Assembly (NCBI RefSeq): GCF_018977255.1
Contig: NW_024704743.1
Span: forward strand, 92,568,001 to 92,632,000
Length of the DNA: 64,000 nucleotides
Direction: 5' to 3'
Source: Callorhinchus milii
Taxonomy: Eukaryota
In this document: one piece after another, positions 35,261 through 47,364 of the stretch
Numbering within the stretch: the stretch's first letter is position 1
How the letters are laid out: the number at the start of each line of letters is the position of its first letter
Notes under the pieces: generated by a model
What the model saw: the letters and a program-made list of their open reading frames with translations, nothing else
What the model was told of the DNA's origin: nothing
Databases searched by the model: none
Program-made: the position numbers and the translations under genes

Positions 35261-36354
35261 GCCAATTTTGATCGGCTTTGCTGCTCTGTGGTTATATAAC
35301 CAGTAATATTGTTTATTAATATATAATCAGCACTGAATGATGTGAGTACTACATTTTGGGAAACAAACAGAAAATGGGCAGTAGAAATAAGCCTAAAGGG
35401 TAAACGGAGTGCACAAGCAGAAAGATCTGTGGGTACGAGGTCATAAATCACTAAAAGTGAAATGACAGCTGCAGAAACATATCAAGAAGGAAAATAGGTG
35501 CTCGGATTTATGGCACCACACAACTGCAAAAATCTACAACACAGTAGGAGCCACTAGATCTATTATATTAGTGTTGGAGTTTGCTCCTCCAATGAAGCTA
35601 TCCATCCTAATCTGAAACTAAATATCCTGCCCTTTTATGGCATAAATCAAGAAATATTCAATCAAGAACATTTACTTTGTTGGCTACCCAAAACGATTGG
35701 CCACCGCTGGTCTATAGGGTTAAAATTCCAGTGGATTTATCCTGGAAGATTTAAGGGTTTTTCCTTAAGTTAAGAGTTTTCTTTTATGTTAACATTGTGG
35801 GAATGTTAACTCTGATCAATTCTGTGTATAAATAATCGTCTCTCGAAGGGTCTGAATTGAACAGCAAAACAGCAGCATAATCAGAATAAAGCTCCATAAT
35901 AACCAACAATGTGGCTGGTAGTGACGGCAGATGGATATTGACCTCAGGAATGTGTCTGAGGTAAATTAGACACATGTGAATTAAACACAAATTCAAAACA
36001 GGAAAAAATTGATGAAAAGGAGGAAACATATCAAGGAGATGAAGAAGGCCAGCGACCAAAAAGATCTAGTTCAAGGAATTGGCTACTGTTATTCTGGTGG
36101 AGGGAGTTGTGGTGTTTCAGACATGTCTTGGTATGGCTCTTTACATTGTGAACAAAAGATGTGAGGCAGGAGACACAAAAGCAAATAATTAGAAAGGTGA
36201 AAGCAGGTTTAGGGCTCCCGTTCAACCTATCCCCACTCACTGAATCAGAGTTTTGGGATGAAGAATATACTTGATTTCTCCTCAGAATTCCTTCTCCTTC
36301 AATGCCATCTCCCCACATCAAGGCCACACCACTATTAAATCCTGAAGAGCACTA

Positions 36355-37120
36355 CAACAACAACTTGCATTTATATAGCGCCCTTCACACAAGCTGGCAT
36401 CCGGGAGTTTTGACAGTGGTGGAGTCTGATACTGACAGAGGGAAAGGGAGTGGGGAGGTGACCATAAACATGATCAAAAAAGGAAGGTCTGTAGGTCAGA
36501 TTTAAAAGTGCTGATGGAGGGAGTGAGCAAGGCAGAGGTACTAAGGGAGAGAGTTCCAGAATTTTAGGACATAATGGCTGAAGGCATGGTCAACGATGGT
36601 GGAACAGAGGGGTTGACGGGCAAACAGGAAGCCAGAGCCAATTGAGCTGAGGCAGCAGGTGGGGGAGTGGGGGGTAAGCAAATCGGATAGATAGGGAGAA
36701 GATCTGACAGATCTCAATGAATGGGAAGATCTTGAAATTGATCCGTTCAGTAATTGGCAGCCAGTGGAGCCTGGCAAGGACTGGTGTGATGGGGGTACGG
36801 AGTTTTGTGCGGGTAAGTATATGGGGGGTGGAGTTCTGAATTAGTTGAATTTTGTGTACTGTGGAGCTGGGGAGACCAGCGAGGAGGGCATTGGAATAGA
36901 CCAGCCAGGAAGTGACAAAGGCGTGGGTGAGGGTTTGGCTGCTTTTGTTGTGAAATACGGACGGAGGCAGGCAATGTGACTGAGGTGGAAAAAAAGCGTT
37001 CCAGGTTAGAGAACGGATGTGGGGTAGATAGGAAAGTGGGGATTGTACCTGACACTTAAGTTGCGCACGGGTTCGTTGAGTCTGAGGGAGACTACACAGT
37101 AGGGCCGAGTAAGATAGTCG
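36355..37120 (-). mobile_element. L2 LINE 3' fragment
   Basis: TLTHAFVTSWLVYSNALLAGLP...QLIQNS..HILTRTKLRTPITPVLARLHWLPITERINFKI, with a (CAA)n tail. Confidence 0.9.
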
Positions 37121-37560
37121 AGGGACAAACATCTGGTGACACACAGAACACTGGAGAATGAGGGTTACAGCTGACAAGAAGTGCACGTCAAATAAATAGC
37201 ACTTCTGCAGGTCATCGGCTCGTAGTGCCTAGGCAGGTAAAAGGGTTGTACTGGGTGAGGAGTATTTTGACACATTCGATAGATGATTGATTGGATTCAT
37301 GAAGGAATTGAGAGAAGATGTAAGGGAGTAGACCCAAAACGTACAACATTTCACTGTGACATTGGAGGAAACCAGCCCAGAGCACTGTACAACATGAATG
37401 TAAATCCTGGGAATCCGAACTCAATTGATCTGGCAATTTAGCTTAGGCTCTTATTTGGCTTGTTGCTGCCTCACACTGTTTTGACATAGCGAACAACGAG
37501 CCAACTATCACCCCAATGAATGGAGATCTAATCACTAGGACCAGCAGTGAGGTTGAGGCT

Positions 37561-38033
37561 AATAATAATAATAAATAATCCTTCCATTTGATATGGAGCC
37601 ATTCACTTCAAGAAGATGTCTCAAAGTGGTTTACAGGATTTACAATAAAGCACAGTAACTGTCTTTTAAGGCAACCGTAATTGCTAATTTGTGCACTGCA
37701 ATGTCTCACGAGCAGACATGAGGTGAATGATCAATTCTATCTGTTGAATCATTGACCTGGACACCAGGAGAAACTGCTATGTAACTTTAACATCCACCCA
37801 AACAGGCAGACAGAAGCTCAGTTTAACAACAACAACAACAACTTGGATTTATATAGTGCCCTCCACACCGGCATCTCAGAGGGCTTAAGGTCTGAAGGAT
37901 GGCATCTGTAACAGTGCAGCACTGCTTTGGAATGGCAGCATAGATAAAATAAATTCAAAGTCCTGATATGGAGCTTGAACCCACAACTTTCTGGTCAGAG
38001 GCAAGAGTCCTACCAACTGAGCTAGGCTGACAG
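37561..38033 (-). mobile_element. SacSINE1-type Deu SINE interrupted by a ~60-bp L2 tail (~37825-37885)
   Basis: Head (TGTCAGCCTAGCTCAGTTGGTAG on the minus strand), Deu core and tail, with an internal (CAA)n L2 end. Confidence 0.78.
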
Positions 38034-39679
38034 CCAATTTACTTACTGATCCATTAAGCTCATTGAAATTTTTCAAATGTTACCTGAATAGGAGGAACAA
38101 GTTGAATGAACACTTCTCCGCCTGTTGGCAAGTTATCAATCACGTTCGATTGTGGCTTACAATGGGATTTTTCCAACTTGGAAGAATTTATCAACAGAGA
38201 ATTAATTCCCCTACATAACATTTATTTACTGCATCTCAGGATCTGGGTGACATTGTAATTCTGTCAGAAATGGTTGCCTATCTTTCTTTGCCCTTAGGAG
38301 GTGGTGGTACTGCAGCCTTCTCTTTACCCCCACTGCAGTGTGTGTGACCTTGATGCTCCCAAAATGTTGTTGGATAGATTCAGCAGCAATGATGGAGAAG
38401 TGATATTTGTCTATATCAGGAAGGTGTCAACTGACAGTTTTCCCGTGATGATCTTTACAGCTGAATCATTTACTCTTTGCTTTTTCATTAGATTTGTTTA
38501 CTGTGCAATATAATTTCAGTTGAAAACATGAAAGAATGAGTCCAAGTTTAGTTTAAAAAGTCAGATTGATAATCAATAACATATTACAAGTCGAAGAATG
38601 TTTGAAAATAATATTACTAATTCACAATAAAAGAACTACGAGGATAATGCTGTCTTTATTGCTCAAATTATTAAAATGTTACAGCTATATTTGTTCAGCG
38701 ACATCCTCCCACGATTTGGTTCCTTATATGATTGTTTTCTAGTTTATTGGCCCTGTCAGCTTTGACAGCATGTACATTCTGAATCAGATGGTGTCTTCTT
38801 TCATTGCTTGACATCTGAAATGAACAGACTGCCAGTGGAAAAGGTACCTCAGCTGCCTTCCTTGAACTACTGCCTTGAGGTTTATTGAAGTATAAATATA
38901 TGTTCAAAAAAAGAAAGCACTATTTGGTTTGGCTTTCAGCAATCTGTCCCTAGTCATTAACTATCGGTCTAGTGCTGCTGCTGTACTCAGAGAAGTGAGA
39001 TTGTTCGATGAAGGAAAATGATGTGACGGTCAAATATTTACGCACTAATAACGAAGGATCCGTTTCTTGCAGATGGAGTGGAGAAGAGATACTCACTGTC
39101 TTCAAATTGTAGAGGATGAAGCTGCGTAATCATATGCCTCTAAATGTCATCTGCACACTTACTTCTGGGGCAAATCTGAAACAGAAATAAGTTCATAATT
39201 TACAACAGCCAAGTAACTCAGGTAATATTATGAATCAAAGCTGCTGAATTTACCACCAACACCTCCAATGAAAGATTGCTTCCATTGTTGCTGCTTGTTT
39301 CAGATTACGGTTTACTTTCTGTGGTGAACTATGTGCAGAATAATCTTAACTAATGTAACTACTCAAATATGATGAGCAGCTTTGTTATTGTAAGACTGAA
39401 CTTCTAGAACTAAAATGCATATTATTATAAATAAAATTAAAATATTGGACTGTTTTAATTGGCTGAAAGCGCAGCTGCTGTAGTTCATTGTTAATGTTTT
39501 CTTCCTGCTTTCTATTCTTCCCTATTCTCATTCTCATTTATTGTCGAGTTTAACTTTAGATTTACTTTTTTTCTAACTGATAATTTATACTAATCTGTCG
39601 ATGAAATCACAAATGCAGTATTCTTAAATTCAGTCAATTATTTAATTGTTGCCTGAGATGAATCCTTTATCCTGGTTAC

Positions 39680-39980
39680 ACCCCACACCTCTACACATGC
39701 CCTTCGCTCAGATGGCTCTGGCCTTCTGCACATCCCTCGAACCCTTCACTCCACCATCAGCAACCGTGCTTTCAGGCAATATGCCCCGAACTCCCTGCCT
39801 CAATCCCATCACCTTGCCTCCTCCATGCAGGGTTTAGATCGCACTTGGAGAACTTCTGCATCGACTGTGCCTGCGGTCACTTGCCCTTTCCTCAGCTCGG
39901 TGTCAAGCTCTGCCACCGTTAAGCACTTCAAGACACTACCCCACATGAAGGGTGCTGTATAAATGCTTATTATTGCTGTT
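39680..39980 (+). mobile_element. Old L2 3' fragment
   Basis: L2 3' UTR and tail GTGCTGTATAAATGC. Confidence 0.65.
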
Positions 39981-40287
39981 CAAGTTGACCTCAGTCACAG
40001 ATTTGAGATCAAAGCTTCTGGCCTCCTCTCTCTGCCCCACCCCTCTGTATTGGGGGAATGGTTTCTCCCTCTGGACGTTTGAAAAATGTAGCTAGCTCTT
40101 TTTTTAACAAATACTTTCTTTCAGGCTGGTAGAATGGCTTTTTAGCTCTAAAATTGACTTTTAAAATTACTTTTAGGCCACTATCTGGAAGAATAAAATG
40201 TGTACCCTTCTCTTTGCATAATGTGTTGTCCAGGAAATTCTCCATTCCATGGATATCCTGGATAATAAAGATCAACATCTGGGACAA

Positions 40288-40610
40288 TAGACTCAACAGG
40301 GAGAAAATATTTCTACTGGTGAATGAGTTGGTGACTAGAGGGCATCAATTTAAAATAATTAACAAATGAGCAAATGGGAATTATTAGGATAATTTGTCAC
40401 ACAGATTAGTTGGGATATGCAATGTCCTGTGGGGAGCTGTGGATAAGGCAACATCCATACTGGACTTCAAGAGGGAACTGGACAAATACCTTAAAAAGAG
40501 TCAGCTATAGTGGTATGTGGCAGGTAAATAGGTGTGAAAGAATTGCTCTTCAGGGAGCCAGTACAGACACGATGGGTCGAATGTCCATCTGTGCCATAAA
40601 TTGCTATGGT
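40288..40610 (+). mobile_element. CR1 LINE 3' fragment
   Basis: NREKIFLLVNELVTRGHQFKII...FKRELDKYL motifs. Confidence 0.75.
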
Positions 40611-40660
40611 TCTTTGCAGTTGAATAGATTGCTAACTCCAAAGGAAGCCACTTGAGCTAT

Positions 40661-41045
40661 AATAATAATAGTCCTTGCATTTCATATTGTGTCTTATCAC
40701 GTCTTTGAGACGTTTCAAAGCATTTCACAGAATATACTGTGAAGCAAATTGACTGTATAGTTTGTGGGCAAAACGCAGCAGCTAATTGTGCACAGCAGTG
40801 TCCCACAAACAGTAGTGGATTGAGTGACCAGTTTTTTTTGAAGGAATTATTACCCTCAGAATAATTGAAGGAATCATTACCCTCAGTAGTCTGCCAATTG
40901 ACTAATAACCGGGTTCCTACTTACTGCCAGGTAAACAGAGGCGTGTGGAGCAAGGAAACTTGCCCAACATTTTGAAATGCTGGGAATCAAACTCACATCT
41001 CCCACTTGTGAGCTGAGTTCTCTAACCACTGAGCTGCAGGACTCC
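40661..41045 (-). mobile_element. tRNA-Ala-headed SINE, long form, full length, with TSD
   Basis: TSD ACTT(G/A)AGCTAT at 40650-40660 and 41046-41056; head, long middle segment and tail present. Confidence 0.9.
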
Positions 41046-41074
41046 ACTTAAGCTATGAAGAGCTATTTTATCTT

Positions 41075-41091
41075 TGTGTGTGTGTGTGTGT
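41075..41091. repeat. (TG)n microsatellite
   Basis: About 8 TG units, seen directly. Confidence 0.8.
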
Positions 41092-41164
41092 ATGCGATTG
41101 TCTTCCCAAATCATTACTGAGGATAGCTTTGGTTTTGTTCTTCCTGTTTATTCCATTATAGCTG

Positions 41165-43283
41165 GAGGCAAACAACAATCCAAAGACGCTGTCTTCCACC
41201 GTCCGTAACTTCCATTGTGTACCCCCCTCAAGACCCCTCTATCCTCACATCAAACGCCAAGTGCGAAGAGGTTCTAGACTTCTTTGCCTCAAAAATTGAA
41301 AAAATCCATTTGGCTGCATCGTCCTCCCCTCCCCCCACCCCATGTCCCCTTCATCCCCACCCAGATCATCCACACTGCCTTCTCCCTCCACCAAGGCTCC
41401 TGCCACTCCCACTCCTTAGCCCCAGTTTCTCGCTCCTCCTTTTCAACCATAATCTCCCGGATGAAGTTCACCATCTACTATGTCGACCCCCTCCCTATCC
41501 AGCTGCTGGTCACTCAACTCCTACTTCTCTCCCCGCTGCTGGACAACAGGGTCAACCAGTCTCTCTCCTCAGGCTCTGTTCCACTCCCCCTGAAAACTAC
41601 TGTCATCACACCCCTCCTCAAAACCCCCAACCACGATCCTTCTAATCTCTCACACTACCATCCCATCTCCAACCTACCCTTCCTTGCCAAAGTCCTGGAA
41701 CGCATTGTTGCAGGTCAACTTTGGTCATACATCTCCCTCCACTCCCTCTAACTCCTCATTCTCCTGGATCTTTCTACTGTGTTCCACATAGTAGACCATG
41801 CCATCCTTCTCCATTGTCTCTCCTCCCTCATCTACCTTAGTGGAGTCCTGTAGCTCAGTGGTTAGAGCACTCGCTTTGCAAGCGAGAGACCTGAGTTCAA
41901 TTCCAGGCAGGGCGAAACCTTGGGCAAGTTTCCTTACTCCACACAGAGCCTAATAATAATCCTTCCCAAACAAAAAACAATAATACATTGGTCATTTTTA
42001 ATCTACGACTGTTTGTGGGACATTGCTGTGCGCAATTGACTGCCGCGATCGCCCAAAATATACAGTCAATTCACTTTACAGTATATTCTGTGAAGCACTT
42101 TGAGACGTCTAGAAGATGTGAAAAGCGCTATATCAAATGCAAGGATTATTATTATTATTATTATTATAGTGGGACCGCACTCATATGGTTCGAGTCCTAC
42201 TTAATCAACTGCCTCCATTTCAGCTCAGCAAATGGTTTCTCCTCCTGTCCCCACCCGGACACTGCAGGACTCCATTCTTGGCCCTCTTCTTTTCCTTAGC
42301 AATATGCTCCTTCTGGGCGATGTCATACGCAGACACAAGATAAACATCCACATGTGTACTGATGACTACACAAATCTACTTTGTCTCCTCCAGGACCAAC
42401 TCTAGGTCTGCTGATGTTTTGTTAGCTTGTCTGGTAAACATCAAGGCCTGGATGAGTGCAGGTGAATAAGGACAAGACGGAAGTCATACCACTTGGCCAT
42501 CAATGTCTTCACTCCTGCCGATCTAAACTCCTCAACCTCTCTGAGCTCTCCCTCAAACTCACTGAAGCAGTGCGTAACCTAGTCATCAGGTTCGATCCCC
42601 AGCTGTCCTTCCTCCCCCACATCCAATCCCTGACCAGGACTGCTTTCTTCCACCTCCGCCACATTGCGTGCCTTCAACCGTACCTTATCCCAAATGCAGC
42701 CGAAACCCTTGTGCATGTATTTGTCACCTCCCACCTGGATTACTCAAATGCACTCCTCGCTGGTCTCCCCAGCTCCACTATTCAAAAGATCCAGCTTTTT
42801 CAAAACTCTGCCGCTCACATAATGACCTGGACCAAACTCCATACCCACATCTCACCAGTTCTGTCGAGCCTCCACTGGCTCCCCATCACCAAACGGCTTC
42901 AAGATCCTCACACTCATGTTCAAATCCATTCACTCGCTGGCATCTCCCTACCTCTCTGACCTCCTCACTCCCCAATCCACCACCCAATGCCTTCACTCGA
43001 CTGGCACCGGCCTCCTGCTTGTCTCTTGCACCCTCTGCCCCACCATCGGAGATCGCACTTTCGGCTACTATGCCCCAAAACTCTGGAACACTCCCCCTCA
43101 ATCTCTCCGCCTTGCCTCCTCTCTCCCCTATTTTAAGACCCGCCTGAAAATTTTCTTCTTTGACCATGCTTACAGCTACCTCTCCCGCCCCCCCAGCTCA
43201 GAGTTAGGCTCCGCTACTTTTAAGTGCTCTGAGATGCTGCCCTGCATGGAGTGCGCTACATAAGTGCAAGTTGTTGTTGTTAT
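41165..43283 (+). mobile_element. Decayed L2 LINE (RT region through 3' tail), interrupted by a SINE
   Basis: PLLKTPNHDPSNLSHYHPISNLPFLAKVLERIV; FFHLRHIA...LVHVFVTSHLDYSNALLAGLP; (TTG)n tail. Confidence 0.9.
41842..42166 (+). mobile_element. tRNA-Ala-headed SINE, short form, full length (youngest-looking copy)
   Basis: Perfect anticodon arm CTCGC-TTTGCAA-GCGAG (TGC = Ala), A and B boxes, (ATT)n tail. TAGT(GG) is duplicated at both junctions, and the L2 frame [15 protein letters not shown] is restored on removal. Confidence 0.93.
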
Positions 43284-43732
43284 TATGTAGCTTCCACTGG
43301 GCTAACAAAAAGGCACATCTGGCATCTGCTGCTCCTGTGCTATTTGCTGCAAAGGCTTTCTGCTAGTACAGTAACTAATACAGTAGGGAATCTGTCTCTG
43401 TTTGTACAAAAAAGTTGAGTTGCTTGATGCTGTGGATAATGGCACCAGACTGTTGAAGGGAAGTGATACTATTCTAACCATTATCTCCATCCTCAAGTTT
43501 ATCATATGTACCGCAGAGTCAGCAAAACATACAGTGGCATCCTGAGGGATAGGCATCATTTCCCAAAGCAGCAATAAGATGGTGGCGTGTATCTATGCTC
43601 AGTCCACAACAACAAGTTGGAGTACCAGTGCAAGTCAGGAATAATGATATAGCCATTTTCATTTCCAATCAAATGATTCCAAATTTGTTGATAGAAAGAT
43701 TAAAGATGATCTTTAAATAACAATAATCCTTA

Positions 43733-43915
43733 AATAATAATCCTTGCATAGCATCTTGCATGCTTGGAGGGATGACTCAAAGTGCTTCATAGGATTGTAC
43801 TGGGAAGTGTGGTGGCTGTGTATTGTGTAAGGAAATGCAGCTGCTAATTTGTACACAAACAATATCCCACAAACAGCTGTGAAGTGAATGACCATTTTTA
43901 GCTGGGGGATTGTTA
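43733..43915 (-). mobile_element. Deu-SINE 3' fragment
   Basis: Tail and CCCACAAACAGC core on the minus strand. Confidence 0.65.
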
Positions 43916-44669
43916 ATGTTATTGTCTCCTGTGGAACTGCTAACAGATCACAAACAGAAGCTGTTTCAGCCATTGTGTGGAGACATTTTTAAAAACGTCT
44001 GTTTCAGTAATTTCCCAATGCACATTTCTCAAGGTCTTTTTTTAACTGAACCATTGTCAATGTTGTGCACTAATTAAAGCAAGTTGAAAGTTTTATAGCT
44101 TCTTCCTGATTTATACAGCTGTGTTTCCAGGCACCTACAGGATAAGAATGTGTCAAAGGATGCACTGCTCTGGTGAAATGTGCCATTGCAATAAGACCAC
44201 TGCTGTCTTAGCACAGCAGGGATAAGATGGCAGTGGCATGTGAACCAGGAAGCTTGCTCTTGAAGGAACATAAACGTATGTATATGAGGGGGAAAATGTT
44301 CTACATTTAATGGAACTTGTTCCCCATTTTAAGTTCTTTCCAAACTGACAGCCTGGTCCTTTTATGATGAGTTTCAAGAATATTAATGCCAAATCAAACA
44401 GCTGGAAAAAATGCATAACTTAATGAAGACACAAAGGATGGAATTTGCAGTTACGTTGAGCCATGTATAACCTGTCACTGAATCTAATTAAGGCTTTGAT
44501 AATATTGCTGCATACTTTTTAATGCCAAAAAACGGCTATGGGATTTCCTAAATGTTCAAAACAGGAACATGCTGCTTAACTCTTTAGATTCGCTTATTAA
44601 CTCCTCTGTCATCCTGATGGAATTTTGGACCCTAAGAAGGGTAAATGAATGAAAGAATCCAGTGGTTCA

Positions 44670-45360
44670 AGTCACTAATTATTAAAATCTAGTTCACAGA
44701 TTGTGAGAGCAATCAATAATCAATACTATGACTAATAGCTAGTAAGATTTAGTAATAATATATTTGAATAATATTTTTACCTAGATGGTAAATGGGATGC
44801 TGGGTTTTAAAGCAAGTGGTCTGGAAAAGAAGTGCTGTTTCAGTAATATGAAATGCTGGTCAGACATTATTGTGTTTAGCTTTGAACACTACGGAGGATA
44901 CACTGGCTTTTGGAGGATGTCCAGTAATGGTTCATTAGATTGGTGTTTGGGATAGATTGTCTAAGCTATCATGAGAAGCCATGTAGACTTGAGTTATATT
45001 ATTTTATAACTGAATAAGTTTGGGTTGATCTGATTGAAGTGTTTAAAATAATGAAGGGATTTGATAAAGTAGTTGATGGACAATTCTTCCCTCTGGATCT
45101 AAAGCAAGGGGACATCATTTTAGCATAAGAGCTAGAACTGTTAGCAATGAAATCAGAAACCACAAAAGACCACTGAGGCTCAATAAATTGACATATTTTA
45201 AAGAGACATAGACAGATATTTTGCAAGTAAATGTATTATGGAATATTGAGAAAAATGTATATCATGGTATGTGGGGAAAATGGGATGAGAAGACTTGTCA
45301 TAATCAAATAAACTAGTAAGAAGTCTCAATGGCCAATTTTTGTTTCTATATTCATATGTT
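44670..45360 (+). mobile_element. Old CR1 LINE fragment
   Basis: Remnants of NGMLGF..., YEMLVR and DLIEVFKIMKGFDKV. Confidence 0.7.
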
Positions 45361-45452
45361 CCAATGACACAAGTGAACAACCATCAAGAGATTTGAACAT
45401 CAGAAGCATGTGAAGTACAGTTTCAGTAAATACTTATACATATTTATTTACT

Positions 45453-45492
45453 TACGTACGTACGTACGTATGTATGTACGTATGTATTTATT
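45453..45492. repeat. (TACG)n/(TATG)n microsatellite
   Basis: TACGTACGTACGTACGTATGTATGTACGTATG, seen directly. Confidence 0.75.
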
Positions 45493-47364
45493 TAGTTATA
45501 TAGGACAGTGCTATGTAACTAGTAAGATTTACTAATAATATATTTGAATAATATTTTTACCTAGATGGTCATGTTGTCTTAATAAATCAAACCATTCTCC
45601 ATTTATCATTACAAAACTCATGCACAAACAGTGAAAGGAAAGGATTTTCACAGATGCTGTGTCCTTTATTTTCAGGAATCTGAGTCATTTGAGGAAAAGA
45701 ATCGAATCTCACCTTCTGTAGATTTCAATGATATAACCAAAGAAAGGAAGTGACCTGGTGCCAGCCTCTAGTCAGACCTGTCACTACAGGTGTCTTAAGG
45801 CTTCACTTCTGCATTGAAAGTTGCTTTTTTTGAATTTCAGTTTTTAAACTAAGGAATTCAAAGCCAAATATTGCTAAGAGTGAACACATCAACCAATTGC
45901 CGGATGACGGATTGACAGAGTGCAACAAAAGTTTTCAGATAGATTTCTGACAGATTACATGTCAAGGAAGCAAGGAAACTATTTACAAGCATATTCTTGC
46001 TGGTGACGTATTATTTACAAAATGGGATTACATTTTTCTTCATAAAGATGGTTCTATAAGGACAAGAAAATGGGAATCAAATGTTTGCTCTTTAAGAGAG
46101 CCAATACAGATGGAGTTACATTTAAAATTTCTGGAAATTTCTATGGTCCTGGGTACTTATACATTCAATAATCTTGTATGGCTTGCTTACTTTATTCATT
46201 AAATATCTTTTTATATTCTTTAATCATAATGAATGTAGCTTTCAGTTTCATCAGAACTGGAAGGCACATACATTCAAATTAAGTCCCATCAATTTAATTT
46301 AAAATAATAGGATATTTTTAACAGAGCTTTTTTGAAAAAATCTATTCCATCCTTCATTCAAAGTAATCTGCAATTTGCAGATTTCAATACATTTTATCTT
46401 GAATTAAACTTTTGAAGGAAAATTGTATTATGATTACATACTGAATGATAAATAGGTAATTTTAATTCATCCTCTTGACATTTTATTTTTCCTCTGGCAA
46501 GAAATAGATTGATGATTATTGCTGAAAGTTTAACATTTCCTTAAGCTGAAATAATGCACAAACTGAAACAGTTTCACAGTAGAACGTGTCTCCTCCTTGT
46601 TTCCTCCTCTGATATTTTTCTTGAATTCAACCCACCAGCTGTTAGCCACTGCAAGTATATGAACTCAATATCTTCTCTGGTTCTTTAGTGCCTCTTTATA
46701 CCTTATTGACTGCACTTTTGGTTATCTTTTCCTTCTCCTCAACTCCCATCCCCAGCTTGGGTGCCCATCCAGCATAGTGAAGCACTTTAGGAGGTCCTCC
46801 CAATGTCATAAGCACTTTATCAAGTAAATTGTATTGTACAAACTGTATTAGTGTGTGGGCTGGAACCGCTGTCATTTCAGCTAAACTTTCTTGCAGCATG
46901 ACTGGGTCGCAAAAAAAATGGTGTGTGTGCGAGGTGGGTGGTCAGGGAGAAGCGAGGCTGAGCCAAATGGGATCAGGAGAGACAAATCTGATCAAACTGT
47001 AATACTTGACTTGCGCTTCAAGTTCTCCATTGTGCAAGTCCAGTTCCTGTGGATTTTGCTCAGTTTAAGCATAGGCTTATAGTTAAAAAAAACTCACTTT
47101 TTTATTGCATCAAAAAACCAAAATGACTCAGAAGACTTCACAATAATTAGTCTATTGTGTTAACTGTTTTGTGGGGACATGCAGCAAACATTTTGCACCA
47201 AACAAAGATGGGATGTTCTGCATTGGTGCTGCTTCCTGCTCTTGTCCTGAGCCACAAAATGTCATTAATTTTGCTTCCAACTTTCACTCCTCCCTTACCT
47301 TCACATGGTCCAACTCTGGCTTTTCCCTTCCTCGACTTCCCGATCGCCATCTCGGGCCATAGAC

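Noticed and set aside
41842..41912. tRNA-Ala(TGC) gene (also at 9400, 17181 and others)
   Set aside because: These are SINE heads. They have no proper acceptor stem or Pol III terminator and run directly into the SINE body and (ATT)n tail.
45676..45753. Possible terminal coding exon (ESESFEEKNRISPSVDFNDITKERK*) after TTTTCAG
   Set aside because: No recognisable homology and no partner exons; such short open frames arise by chance.
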